The notes under the pieces were generated by a model. It was given only the letters and a program-made list of their open reading frames with translations. It did not search any database and was not told the origin of the DNA. From NCBI GenBank assembly GCA_029255645.1, contig JANLJE010000026.1:136359-200358 (forward strand): a stretch of 64,000 nucleotides of DNA. Reading direction: 5' to 3'. Made by a program: the position numbers and the translations under genes. Shown piece after piece: positions 47,894-57,398 of the stretch (position 1 is the first letter of the stretch; every line of letters begins with the position of its first letter). Source of the stretch: Comamonadaceae bacterium (lineage in GTDB: Bacteria > Pseudomonadota > Gammaproteobacteria > Burkholderiales > Rhodocyclaceae).

Positions 47894-49234
47894 ATGCAGA
47901 TTTATGTCGTCGGCGGCGCCATCCGCGATGAACTCCTGGGCCGACCGGTGTCCGACCGGGACCATGTGGTGGTAGGCGCCACGCCGGACGAAATGCTGGC
48001 GGCCGGCTTCCGGCCCGTGGGCAAGGATTTTCCCGTCTTCCTGCACCCCGAGACCCAGGAGGAATACGCCCTGGCCCGCACGGAACGTAAAAGCGGGCAC
48101 GGCTACCACGGCTTTACCTTTCACGCTTCCCCCGAGGTCAGCCTGGAAGAGGACCTGGCCCGGCGCGACCTGACCATCAACGCCATGGCCCGGGGCGAAG
48201 ACGGCGTGCTGATCGATCCCTTCAACGGCCGTGCCGACCTGGATGCCCGGGTGCTGCGCCATGTAGGCCCCGCCTTCATCGAAGATCCGGTGCGCATCCT
48301 GCGCCTGGCCCGTTTTGCCGCCCGTTTCGGCGATTTCAGCGTCGCCCCCGAGACCCTCTTTCTGATGCGCCGCATGGTGGCAGAGGGGGAGGTGGATCAT
48401 CTGGTGGCCGAGCGGGTCTGGCAGGAACTGGCCCGGGGGCTGATGGAGGCCCATCCCCAGCGCATGATCGAAGTGCTGCGCGACTGCGGCGCCCTGGCGC
48501 GGCTGCTGCCCGAGCTGGAGGCCCTGTTCGGCGTGCCGCAGCGGCCCGAATACCACCCCGAGGTGGATACGGGGGCTCACCTGCTGCTGGTGCTGCAGGC
48601 GGCGGCGGCCATGGCGCTATCCCTGCCGGCCCGCTTCGCGGCCCTCACCCACGACCTGGGCAAGGGCCGCACCCCGCCCGCCGAATGGCCCCGGCACATC
48701 GGCCACGAGGCGCGCGGCGAGCCTTTGCTGCAGGCGCTGTGCGAACGACTGCGGGTGCCGGTGGAATGCCGGGAACTGGCCCGGCTGGTGGTGCTGCAGC
48801 ACGGCAATGTACACCGGGCCGGTTTTGGCGAGCATTGCCTGCGTCCGGACACCATGGTGAAACTCATGGAGCGCTGCGATGTGCAGCGCCGCCCGGAACG
48901 GTTTGAGGATTTCCTGCTGGCCTGTGAGGCGGATCACCGGGGGCGGCAGGGCCGCGCCGACGACCCTTACCCCCAGGGGCGGTTGTGGCGGGCGGCAGCG
49001 GCGGCCTTCCGCGCCGTGGACGGCGGCGCCATCGCCAGGGAATGCACCGACAAGGTGCGCATTCCAGAACGCCTGCACCAGGCCCGGGTAGCGGCCGTGA
49101 GCCAGGCCCTGGCCGACTTGAGGGCCGATTTCAAGGCCGAGTTCAAGTCCGACTTCAGGGCCGACTTGAGGACCGACTTCAGGACCGACTTCAGGACCGA
49201 CTTCAGGGCCGACTTCAGGACCCATGGACGATGA
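47894..49234 (+). CDS. cca: CCA-adding tRNA nucleotidyltransferase/phosphohydrolase with a repetitive C-terminal tail
   Basis: 446 aa. [39 protein letters not shown], and an HD domain (THDLGKG). The last 40 aa are the repeat tail [40 protein letters not shown]. Confidence 0.9.
   Translation: MQIYVVGGAIRDELLGRPVSDRDHVVVGATPDEMLAAGFRPVGKDFPVFLHPETQEEYALARTERKSGHGYHGFTFHASPEVSLEEDLARRDLTINAMARGEDGVLIDPFNGRADLDARVLRHVGPAFIEDPVRILRLARFAARFGDFSVAPETLFLMRRMVAEGEVDHLVAERVWQELARGLMEAHPQRMIEVLRDCGALARLLPELEALFGVPQRPEYHPEVDTGAHLLLVLQAAAAMALSLPARFAALTHDLGKGRTPPAEWPRHIGHEARGEPLLQALCERLRVPVECRELARLVVLQHGNVHRAGFGEHCLRPDTMVKLMERCDVQRRPERFEDFLLACEADHRGRQGRADDPYPQGRLWRAAAAAFRAVDGGAIARECTDKVRIPERLHQARVAAVSQALADLRADFKAEFKSDFRADLRTDFRTDFRTDFRADFRTHGR
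49112..49219 (+). repeat. 9 x 12-bp tandem repeat ([G/A/T]CCGA[C/T/G]TT[C/G]A[G/A]G) at the 3' end of cca
   Basis: Read directly and in frame with cca; (49112-47894) is divisible by 3. Three consecutive units (49172-49207) are identical. Confidence 0.9.
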
Positions 49235-49472
49235 ATATCAGCCGCCGGGCAAAGCGCAAGGGGAAGCAAAAAAATGGTTTTCAGCCTTGTCGCGCACGGC
49301 TGCATCACCGGGCCGCTGGCGTTGAGCCCGGACGGCCATCGGGGCCCGCCGTCCAGGAAGGACGGAGGCGATGGCCAGGGTGAGCAGCCACTTCAGCACG
49401 GAGCTGTTTGCTGTAACAAAATCTCTGCACGCTTCACTACGCCCGCTTCACTACGAGAAAAGATACCTGATC

Positions 49473-50293
49473 ATGGACAAGCGCTTTCCGATTCAAAGCC
49501 ATACCGTTGCTGGCTGCGAGGTACTGGCCTGCCTGCCCGGCCGCGACGGCCACGAGACTCCCCTCCTCTTCGTGCATGGCTCCTTTGTCGGGGCCTGGAT
49601 GTGGACTTCCACCTTCATGCCCTGGTTTGCGGCGGCGGGCTATCCCTGCTATGCCGTGTCCCTGCGCGGTCATGGCGCAAGTATCGAACGGGAGCGCATC
49701 GACTGGCTCAGCATCGCCGATTATGTCGAGGATGTGGCGGCCGTGGCCACCTGGCTGGAAACGCCCCCCGCCTTGATCGGGCATTCCATGGGCGGTTTCG
49801 TGGTGCAGAAATATCTGGAGCGCTGCCCGGCACCGGCGGCGGTGCTGCTCTGTGCCGTGCCGCCCCAGGGCCTGGCGGCCACCCAGTTCCACATGCTGCT
49901 GCAAAAACCCGGGCTGATGCTGGACTGAACAAGGTCATGAACGGCGGCATGGCGAGCCTGGAGGCGGTCCGGGAGGCCCTGTTTGCCCAACCCGTGAGCG
50001 ATGCCCTCCTGGAAGAATTCCGCGCCCACATGCAGGTAGAGTCACAACGGGCCATCTGGGACATGACCGTGTTCAATCTGCCCCTGCTGCCCTTCAAGGA
50101 GCGGCCCCCACTCTTCATTGCCGGGGCCGAGCATGATGTGATGGTGCCGCCCTTTCTGGTGCAGGCCACGGCCCACAGCTATGGCACCCCGGCCCACATC
50201 TTCGAGGGCATGGGCCACGACCTGACCCATGAGCAGAACTGGACCCACGTCGCGGAAACCCTCAAACAGTGGCTGGACAGCCAGCTGCCTTGA
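49473..50293 (+). pseudogene. Alpha/beta-fold hydrolase split by a frameshift near 49920
   Basis: The N-terminal 151 aa (MDKRFPIQSHTVAG...LFVHGSFVGAWMW...IGHSMGGFVVQ nucleophile elbow...QKPGLMLD-stop at 49926) continue in another frame as LNKVMNGGMASLEAVREALF...FIAGAEHDVMV...GMGHDLTHEQNW (ORF 49274..50293). A 1-nt indel around CTGGAC-TGAAC would rejoin them. Confidence 0.75.
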
Positions 50294-50303
50294 GGGGCGC
50301 GGG

Positions 50304-50495
50304 TCAGACCGTCATGTCGATATTCTGGCCCAGGTGGGGCGGGTTGCTGGCGACCGGGGGAACCGAGGCGATCAACTGCGCGGCCATCTGAGCCTGGATG
50401 TCCATGGCCTTTTTCAGGACCTGGATATTGACCGCATCACCGGTTTGCCCTGCGCTGGTCTGCATGGCAAGACTGTTGACAGTATTGATGTCCAT
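50304..50495 (-). CDS. YjfB-family small protein (putative motility protein family)
   Basis: 63 aa from MDINTVNSLAMQTSAGQTGDAVNIQVLKKAMDIQAQMAAQLI. The ...AVxIxVLKKAxDxQ... pattern is typical of YjfB. Confidence 0.7.
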   Translation of the reverse strand: MDINTVNSLAMQTSAGQTGDAVNIQVLKKAMDIQAQMAAQLIASVPPVASNPPHLGQNIDMTV

Positions 50496-50590
50496 GGCAC
50501 TCTTCCTTAAGTAATAGGGTATGAGTACAGTATAGTCTTTCCCGAGCCAGCGCATTTCAGCTTGCTGTTTGCAAAGAGACACCCCTCGCC

Positions 50591-51577
50591 ATGTCCGATC
50601 CAGACACCCCCCGTTCCGCCCAGGCTCAGATTGCCGAAGCGATCCGTGCCAAGCGCGAGCGCCGTTCCAGCCAGAGCATCCAGGCCGAACTAGAGGCGAT
50701 GGAGACCGCTTTATTGGCCGACATCAACAGCTTTGATCTGGATGCGGTCGCCCGCCGGGTCCGCGCCGAGGAGGAACAGTTCCGGGCCACCGGCCTGATC
50801 GCCGGGACCGGGCTGGAATTCCCCGACATCCTGGCCGGCGGCGCCACACGGGTCGAAGCGCCCGATTCAGCGCCAGCCCGGCAGGCCGAAGCGGTCAGCG
50901 CCCCAGTCTTGCAGCTCGATCCCGGGGGTGGGCTGCTAGAGCAGTTGCGCAACCAGGCGGAAATCTGCCTGAACCACCAGAATGCCGAGCAGCAGCACCA
51001 GTCCCTGCTGGAATCGCGCCTGGATCATGCCTTGCGCCAGGTCTTTGCCTACCTGCACGAACTGGTGCAGCAGTTGAACGTGATCAAACCCCCGATTGCC
51101 CGCAACTATCTGGTGGCAGGTTCCCAGGAACTGCAGGGGCTGGTCTGGCAGCAGGGTTTTGCCGATTATCGCTCTCGTCCCCAGAGCGCCGGGGCCGCCA
51201 TGGAATCCGTCAGTTTCAGCTACCGCCTGGCCGGTCAGAAGGGGCTGGTCATGGAACGGGATGGCACGGTGGCGGAAAAATTCGGCCAGGCCCTGTTCGA
51301 CCTCAATCTCGATGTGAAGGTGGAGGAGTTCCGCAACGAACGCCGCTACCTGGAGCGAGCCCGCTTTACCGTCTTACCCGAGATCAAGGTGAATGTGCGT
51401 TGGGAAGCGGACCTGAACAGCGGCACCCTGAGGGTGCTGGCGCGCAATCTGGAACGGCTGGGGTCCATGCGTTACAGCATCGCCCCGGAGGCGGTGAACC
51501 GGGCCTTGCTCGATGAATTCGGGCGCATGGTGCTGGGCCAGCCCCACCAGTTTCCCCGCCTGCTCAGTCGCTGTTGA
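50591..51577 (+). CDS. Hypothetical protein (328 aa), coiled N-terminal half with a conserved-looking C-terminal domain
   Basis: Clean ORF with normal composition. No recognisable domain. Confidence 0.6.
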   Translation: MSDPDTPRSAQAQIAEAIRAKRERRSSQSIQAELEAMETALLADINSFDLDAVARRVRAEEEQFRATGLIAGTGLEFPDILAGGATRVEAPDSAPARQAEAVSAPVLQLDPGGGLLEQLRNQAEICLNHQNAEQQHQSLLESRLDHALRQVFAYLHELVQQLNVIKPPIARNYLVAGSQELQGLVWQQGFADYRSRPQSAGAAMESVSFSYRLAGQKGLVMERDGTVAEKFGQALFDLNLDVKVEEFRNERRYLERARFTVLPEIKVNVRWEADLNSGTLRVLARNLERLGSMRYSIAPEAVNRALLDEFGRMVLGQPHQFPRLLSRC

Positions 51578-51852
51578 GCCGCCCATCCGCCCGATGGATC
51601 TGGCGGCGGGTCTGGGCCGGATCACGCCGGCGGCTCCGGCCCCAGGCCAGGCCAGCCCCATCCTGCCAAGGCCCCGGGCCAGAAGCAGCGGTCCGGCGGG
51701 AAAGCCGGGGCGTTTGGGCAGGATCAGGGGGCGGAGGGTGGAACCCTTCCACGGCCTGAATTCAGGCACGACTGATGCTTGGTTTCAAGCGCAGCACCGG
51801 AAGTCATCATTCTGTAGCTTGTTTTGCAGTCTTTCGCACAGAGGAGAACATC

Positions 51853-52821
51853 ATGGCAACGACAAACATGCGCATTCCCGTGGCCGATTTCCGCACCATC
51901 TACGATGTGGAGGCCGTTGAAAAAGCCATGGACGAGGCCGCCTCCCACCGCAACGAATCCCTCAACTCCCTGTACGAAAAGATGAAGAAGCTAGGCGGGG
52001 TCCGCTACGCCATCAAGCCTTCGGCCACCGACAGCCTGGACCCCCTCTACGAGCAGTGCCCCAACTTCTCCGAGGTGGTGGACGACCTGAAGAAGTACCT
52101 GGCCCTGGCCGTCTCCGGCAACGAGCCCATGCACTTCACGCCGATCCTGCTGCTGGGGGAACCGGGAGTCGGCAAGACCCACTTTGCCAAGGCGCTGGCC
52201 AGGCATCTGGCCACCGGCTACGAATTCGTTTCCATGAGCTCCCTCACCGCCGGCTGGGTGCTTTCCGGCGCTTCCTCCCAGTGGAACAATGCCAAGCCCG
52301 GCAAGGTGGCCCAGACCCTGATCGAGGGCGAGTACGCCAACCCGGTGGTGGTGCTGGACGAGGTGGACAAGGCCGGCGGCGACCACCGCTATGATCCCCT
52401 GGGTTCCCTGTACAGCCTGCTGGAGCGGGAAACCGCCTGCCATTTCAAGGACGAGTTCGTGGAAGTGGATCTGGATGCCAGCCACATCCTCTGGATTTCC
52501 ACCGCCAACGAGGCACACCAGCTGCCCGAGCCCATCCTCTCGCGGATGCTGGTCTATGAAATCCCCCGCCCGGACCAGGAAGCGGCACGCAGCATCGCCC
52601 GCCAGCTGTACCGGGAGATCATCGCCGCCCACGCCTGGGGTTTTCCTGAAGATGTCAGTGACGACGTGCTCGACGCCATGGCCGCCCTGCCGCCCCGGGA
52701 AATGCGCAAGAACCTGATGGCCGCCTTCGGCAACGCCAAGCTGGAAGGGCGCGACACCCTGCAGCCTCGTGACCTGGAGAGCAGCAAGCCCGGCCGCACC
52801 CCCCGGCGCATGGGTTTCTGA
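51853..52821 (+). CDS. AAA+ ATPase (Lon/Clp-like ATPase module only)
   Basis: 322 aa from MATTNMRIPVADF. Walker A LLLGEPGVGKTHFAKALA, Walker B VVVLDEVDKAG, sensor-1 ILWISTAN, and LPEPILSRMLVYEIPRP. Confidence 0.8.
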   Translation: MATTNMRIPVADFRTIYDVEAVEKAMDEAASHRNESLNSLYEKMKKLGGVRYAIKPSATDSLDPLYEQCPNFSEVVDDLKKYLALAVSGNEPMHFTPILLLGEPGVGKTHFAKALARHLATGYEFVSMSSLTAGWVLSGASSQWNNAKPGKVAQTLIEGEYANPVVVLDEVDKAGGDHRYDPLGSLYSLLERETACHFKDEFVEVDLDASHILWISTANEAHQLPEPILSRMLVYEIPRPDQEAARSIARQLYREIIAAHAWGFPEDVSDDVLDAMAALPPREMRKNLMAAFGNAKLEGRDTLQPRDLESSKPGRTPRRMGF

Positions 52822-52871
52822 CCCCCGCGCCCCGGCCGGGGCGGGCGGGCTTTCCGGTAGAATTCACCGCC

Positions 52872-53708
52872 ATGAGCCAACCCGACCCCAGCCCCCACTC
52901 CCCCCTCGGCAAACCCACCGAGTACCGCGCCGATTACGCGCCGGAACTGCTGTACCCGATCCCGCGCCAGTTGAAGCGGGACGAACTGGGCATCCGCCCC
53001 GATGCCCTGCCCTTTGTGGGGGAGGACATCTGGAACGCCTACGAGCTTTCCTGGCTCAATCCCAAGGGGAAACCGGTGGTGGCCCTGGGCACCTTCCGGG
53101 TGCCGGCCGACAGCCCGAACCTGATCGAGTCGAAGTCCCTGAAGCTCTACCTCAATTCCTTCAACCAGACGGCCTTTGCCGACCAGAACGCGGTCGAGGC
53201 CATCCTGGCGCGCGATCTCAGCGCCGTGGCCGGGGCGCCGGTGCGGATCAGCCTCAAACAGCCGAGCGCCTACTCCCCGGCGCAGCCCGGCTACCCGGCC
53301 GGAATCTGCCTGGACGAACTCGACATCAGCTGCGACACCTACCAGCCGGCACCGGAACTGCTGCGCACCTCCGATGGCCCGGTGGTGGAGGAAACCCTGT
53401 ACTCCCACCTGCTCAAATCGAACTGCCTCGTGACCGGCCAGCCCGACTGGGCCATGGTGGTGATCCGCTACCGCGGCCGGCCGCTCGACCGGGCCGGGCT
53501 GCTGCGCTATCTGGTTTCCTTCCGGGGCCACCACGAATTCCACGAGCAGTGTGTCGAGCGCATCTACTGCGACCTGAGCCGCCGCTGCGCCCCCGAGGCC
53601 CTGCGGGTCCATGCCCGCTACACCCGCCGCGGCGGGCTGGACATCAATCCCTGCCGCAGCAGCGGCGCGTTTCCCCTTGCCGACAACATCCGCGCCGTAC
53701 GCCAGTAA
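52872..53708 (+). CDS. queF: NADPH-dependent 7-cyano-7-deazaguanine reductase (bimodular type)
   Basis: 278 aa. QueF motif NLIESKSLKLYLNSF, catalytic Cys in SNCLVTGQPDWA, and HEFHEQC. Confidence 0.95.
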   Translation: MSQPDPSPHSPLGKPTEYRADYAPELLYPIPRQLKRDELGIRPDALPFVGEDIWNAYELSWLNPKGKPVVALGTFRVPADSPNLIESKSLKLYLNSFNQTAFADQNAVEAILARDLSAVAGAPVRISLKQPSAYSPAQPGYPAGICLDELDISCDTYQPAPELLRTSDGPVVEETLYSHLLKSNCLVTGQPDWAMVVIRYRGRPLDRAGLLRYLVSFRGHHEFHEQCVERIYCDLSRRCAPEALRVHARYTRRGGLDINPCRSSGAFPLADNIRAVRQ

Positions 53709-54372
53709 GCGCCCCGGCCTGCTGGCCGGCCTGTGGCTCGCCCTGGCGGCGAATGCTGCCTGGGCCGACCTGTGCGCCGGCCTGCCTGCCCCCTCGTTCA
53801 CGGTGCAGAAGCTGGAGGCCCGGCTGACCACCCGCCAGGAATTCAGCGTGGCGGGCCTGACCCGGCTGGCGGCGACCATAGCCCGGCCGCAACAGCAGGT
53901 GCTGGGGCTGACCCGGGGCCAGGCGGTGGTGCGCTACAAGCTGGAGATTCAGCGTCAGCTCGACCCCTCCGGCCAGTGGGAATGCGCCAGCCCGAAGCTC
54001 GCCCTGGCCTACGGCTTCGACCCCATCACCGTGTTCATCGGCCGGGAGTTTCCCCCGGACAGTTGCGCCTACCAGGAAATTCATGCCCACGAACAACGCC
54101 ACCTGGAAACCTACAAGGCCCAGGTGGGCAAGGTGGAGGCGGAAATCACCCAGGCCCTGGAGCGCCGCTTTGCCGACTCCGCCCCTTGGCGCGGCCCGGC
54201 TGGCCAGGCCCAGGAACGCTTGCAATGGGAACTGGGCGAGCGCTGGATTCCCTATGTAAAGCAGCTGCTGGAACAAAGCGAGGCCGACCAGGCCCGGATC
54301 GACACCCCCGGGGAATACGCCCGCATCGCTGCCAGCTGCAATGGGGAGATCCGCCAGCGGCTGGAGCAATGA
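53677..54372 (+). CDS. Secreted hypothetical protein with an HExxH motif
   Basis: Signal-peptide-like SKRPGLLAGLWLALAANAAWA-DL, then ...CAYQEIHAHEQRHLETYKAQ (HEQRH). The start is uncertain: a TTG at 53677 or the track ATG at 53611. Both overlap the queF 3' end, and there is no in-frame ATG/GTG/TTG after the queF stop. Confidence 0.55.
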   Translation: MPTTSAPYASKRPGLLAGLWLALAANAAWADLCAGLPAPSFTVQKLEARLTTRQEFSVAGLTRLAATIARPQQQVLGLTRGQAVVRYKLEIQRQLDPSGQWECASPKLALAYGFDPITVFIGREFPPDSCAYQEIHAHEQRHLETYKAQVGKVEAEITQALERRFADSAPWRGPAGQAQERLQWELGERWIPYVKQLLEQSEADQARIDTPGEYARIAASCNGEIRQRLEQ

Positions 54373-54424
54373 TCACGGCTTGCCCCCGCTGCCTTCCGGG
54401 AGAAGCACGGGCTTGCCGGATGAC

Positions 54425-55582
54425 TTACAGGCGGTGGCTCTTGTCGCCCCGTGCGAAGCCCAGCAGCGGTTCGGCGAGGCCCTTGCCGATGGCGATGACC
54501 TTGAAGAGCTCCCCCATTTCCTGAGGTTGCACCAGCTTTTGTACGGCCCCGGCGGCCTTCAGGTAGGGCAGGCTGCCGGGGCCCAGGGTTTCCAGGTCCT
54601 GCAGCAGGCCGCAGTTGAAGAGGAACTGGGCCTGGCTGGTGTAGCCCAGGAGTTCCAGCCCCCGGGGGTGGGCTGCGGCAATGATGCCGGTGAAGTCCAC
54701 GTGGGCGGTAATATCCTGCAGGCCGGGCAGGTAGAAGGGTTCCGGGTGGGCCTGGTGGCGGTAATGACACATCAGGGTGCCGCCGTGGCGTTGCGGGTGA
54801 TAGAACTCCCGCCGGGGAAAACCGTAGTCCAGCAGCACCAGACAGCCCTGCTCCAGCCGCTCCCCCCAGGTGGCCACCCAGGCCGGCGCCGCCAGGGCCA
54901 CTTCGCTGGAAAAGCCGGGAGGCAGCAGGCATTCCCCGGCGATGGCGGTGGCCGCTTCCAGCAGGCGCCCGCCGGCGGGCTTGTCCTGCCAGCGGAACTG
55001 TGCATCGGCATCGAGGGCCACGCCCTTTTCCAGCACGGCCCCGTCTTCCCAGGTGACGCAGTGCACCGGCATCGCATCCAGCAATTCGTTGCCCAGCACC
55101 AGACCGGAAAAACTTTCCGGCAGGGCATCCAGCCATTCCACCCGCTCCAGCAGCCGCGGCACTTCCCGGGCCAGCCATTGCCGCTGGCGCTGGCGCAGGT
55201 CGGTGGAAATGTCGAGGATGAAATAGCGTTCCGGCAGGCTGCCCATGGCCTCCAGGGCCAGGAGCAGGTCGGCGGCCAGGCGGCCGGAACCGGCGCCGGC
55301 TTCGAGGATGAAGGGGCGGGAGGCGGCCATCACCTGGGCGGCCTGACGGGCCAGGGCCCGTCCGAACAAAGGGGTCAGCTCCGGCGCCGTGACGAAGTCT
55401 CCGGCCGCCCCAAACTTGCGCGCCCCGGCCGTGTAGTAGCCCAGGCCCGGGGCATACAGGGCCATGCTCATGAACCGGGCAAAGGAAATCCAGCCGCCGG
55501 CGGCGCGGATTTCCTGGCGGATCAGGTCGGCCAGTCGCTGGCTGTGGGCCAGGGCCTCGGGGGCGGGGGCAGGCAGGGACAT
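54425..55582 (-). CDS. MidA/NDUFAF7-family SAM-dependent methyltransferase (DUF185)
   Basis: 385 aa from MSLPAPAPEALAHSQRLADLIRQEI...FITAPELTPLFG...LEAGAGSGRLAADLL.... The 915-aa track ORF is an antisense run-on through the next two genes. Confidence 0.85.
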   Translation of the reverse strand: MSLPAPAPEALAHSQRLADLIRQEIRAAGGWISFARFMSMALYAPGLGYYTAGARKFGAAGDFVTAPELTPLFGRALARQAAQVMAASRPFILEAGAGSGRLAADLLLALEAMGSLPERYFILDISTDLRQRQRQWLAREVPRLLERVEWLDALPESFSGLVLGNELLDAMPVHCVTWEDGAVLEKGVALDADAQFRWQDKPAGGRLLEAATAIAGECLLPPGFSSEVALAAPAWVATWGERLEQGCLVLLDYGFPRREFYHPQRHGGTLMCHYRHQAHPEPFYLPGLQDITAHVDFTGIIAAAHPRGLELLGYTSQAQFLFNCGLLQDLETLGPGSLPYLKAAGAVQKLVQPQEMGELFKVIAIGKGLAEPLLGFARGDKSHRL

Positions 55583-55672
55583 GGCGGCTTCCCGAAAAAA
55601 GGCGCCATTGTATGCCTGGGCCAGGCCTGACGGCAGGCGGCCGGGCGCGGGAATGACGTAAAATCCCGCCTC

Positions 55673-56431
55673 ATGCATGCCAACTCCCTTCCCCTGCGGG
55701 GCAAGACCATCCTGATTACCGGCGCTTCCCGGCGCATCGGTGCGAGTATGGCCCGGCTGCTGCATGCCGCGGGCGCCAATCTGGCCCTGCATTACCGGCG
55801 GGATGAAGCCGGGGCCAAGGCCCTGGCCGGGAGCCTGAATGCCGGCCGGCCGGGCTCGGTGCGCCTGTATCGGGTCGATTTGCGCGACATTCCCGGCCTG
55901 GAAGCCATGGTGGAGCAAGGGGTGGCGGATTTTGGCAGGCTGGATGCCCTGATCAACAACGCCTCCAGCTTTTTCCCCACCCCGGTGGGACAGATCGATG
56001 AAGCCGCCTGGGACGATCTGGTAGGCAGCAACTTCAAGGCGCCCCTGTTCCTCTCCCAGGCCGCGGCTCCCCATCTGCAGGCCAGCCGGGGAGCCATCGT
56101 CAATATCACCGATGTGCACGGGGAGCGGCCCCTCAAGGCTTACCCCTTGTATTCGGCCGCCAAGGGCGCCCTGCTCACCCTGACACGGGCGCTGGCCCTG
56201 GAACTGGGGCCGGAAGTGCGGGTGAATGCCGTGTCGCCCGGCCCCATCCTCTGGCCCGACGACGGCCAGCTGCCCCCGCCGGAACGGGCCGCCATCATCG
56301 ACCACACCCTGCTGAAGCGGGAAGGCTCCCCCGAGGACATCGCCCGGGCGGTGCGCTTCCTGCTTCTCGATGCACCCTATATGACGGGCCAGGTCCTGAA
56401 TGTGGACGGCGGCCGGACCGCTTATCTCTAA
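55673..56431 (+). CDS. Pteridine reductase-like short-chain dehydrogenase
   Basis: 252 aa. TGASRRIG cofactor motif, NNASSFFPTP, YSAAKGAL (YxxxK). Confidence 0.8.
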   Translation: MHANSLPLRGKTILITGASRRIGASMARLLHAAGANLALHYRRDEAGAKALAGSLNAGRPGSVRLYRVDLRDIPGLEAMVEQGVADFGRLDALINNASSFFPTPVGQIDEAAWDDLVGSNFKAPLFLSQAAAPHLQASRGAIVNITDVHGERPLKAYPLYSAAKGALLTLTRALALELGPEVRVNAVSPGPILWPDDGQLPPPERAAIIDHTLLKREGSPEDIARAVRFLLLDAPYMTGQVLNVDGGRTAYL

Positions 56432-56443
56432 CGCAGGAATTCC

Positions 56444-57328
56444 ATGAGCAATACCCTGAACAAACTCAAGAAACGTCTGGAATCCCAGGTCGGCAAGGCC
56501 ATCGCGGACTACAACATGATCGAGGACGGCGACACCCTCCTGGTCTGTGTCTCGGGCGGCAAGGATTCCTACACCCTGCTGTCGATCCTGATGGCCATGG
56601 AGGCACGGGCGCCGGTGGATTTCAAGCTGATCGCCATGAATCTGGACCAGAAGCAGCCGGGTTTCCCCGCCGATGTGCTGCCGGCCTACTTCGAGAAGAT
56701 CGGCGTCGATTTCCGCATCATCGAAGCCGACACCTACTCGGTGGTGAAGGAGAAGATTCCCGAGGGCAAGACCACCTGTTCGCTCTGCTCCCGCCTGCGC
56801 CGCGGCATCATCTACCGCACCGCCAAGGCGCTGGGCGCCAACAAGATCGCCCTGGGCCACCACCGGGACGACATGGTGCACACCCTGTTCCTCAACCTCA
56901 TCTTCGGCGGCAAGCTGAAAGCCATGCCCCCCAAGCTGGTGACCGACGACGGTGCCCACATCGTGATCCGCCCCCTGGCCTACTGTGCCGAGAACGACAT
57001 CGCCCGCTACGCCCGGGGCATGGGGTTTCCCATCATTCCCTGCAACCTGTGCGGCTCCCAGGAAAACCTGCAGCGTCAGAAGATCCGTGAAATGATGCAG
57101 GACTGGGACCGGCGTTTCCCGGGCCGCACCGAGTCCGTATTCACGGCCCTGCAGAACGTGGTTCCCTCTCACCTGGCCGACAATGGCCTCTTTGATTTCA
57201 AGGGCCTGACCCTGGGCAGCGTGGTGCCCGAAGGGGATACGGTATTTGATGCCCCCGTACTACCGCCCGTCACCCCGTTCCCTCTGCCCGTCAGTTCAGA
57301 GGACTGGACCTTGAGTTCAATATATTGA
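56444..57328 (+). CDS. ttcA: tRNA 2-thiocytidine(32) synthetase
   Basis: 294 aa. PP-loop VCVSGGKDS, plus [10 protein letters not shown] and CNLCGSQ cysteine motifs. Confidence 0.95.
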   Translation: MSNTLNKLKKRLESQVGKAIADYNMIEDGDTLLVCVSGGKDSYTLLSILMAMEARAPVDFKLIAMNLDQKQPGFPADVLPAYFEKIGVDFRIIEADTYSVVKEKIPEGKTTCSLCSRLRRGIIYRTAKALGANKIALGHHRDDMVHTLFLNLIFGGKLKAMPPKLVTDDGAHIVIRPLAYCAENDIARYARGMGFPIIPCNLCGSQENLQRQKIREMMQDWDRRFPGRTESVFTALQNVVPSHLADNGLFDFKGLTLGSVVPEGDTVFDAPVLPPVTPFPLPVSSEDWTLSSIY

Positions 57329-57398
57329 AGACAAGGGGTTTTTGTTATGATTTGGGAACTTTTTCCATACAACACCGGTTAAACCGGAGGGCAGCACA

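Noticed and set aside
52821-52872. preQ1 riboswitch upstream of queF
   Set aside because: Only about 50 nt of spacer is available. It is dominated by a GC palindrome (CGCCCCGG/CCGGGGCG) that looks more like the terminator of the upstream AAA+ gene, and no preQ1-type loop motif is visible.
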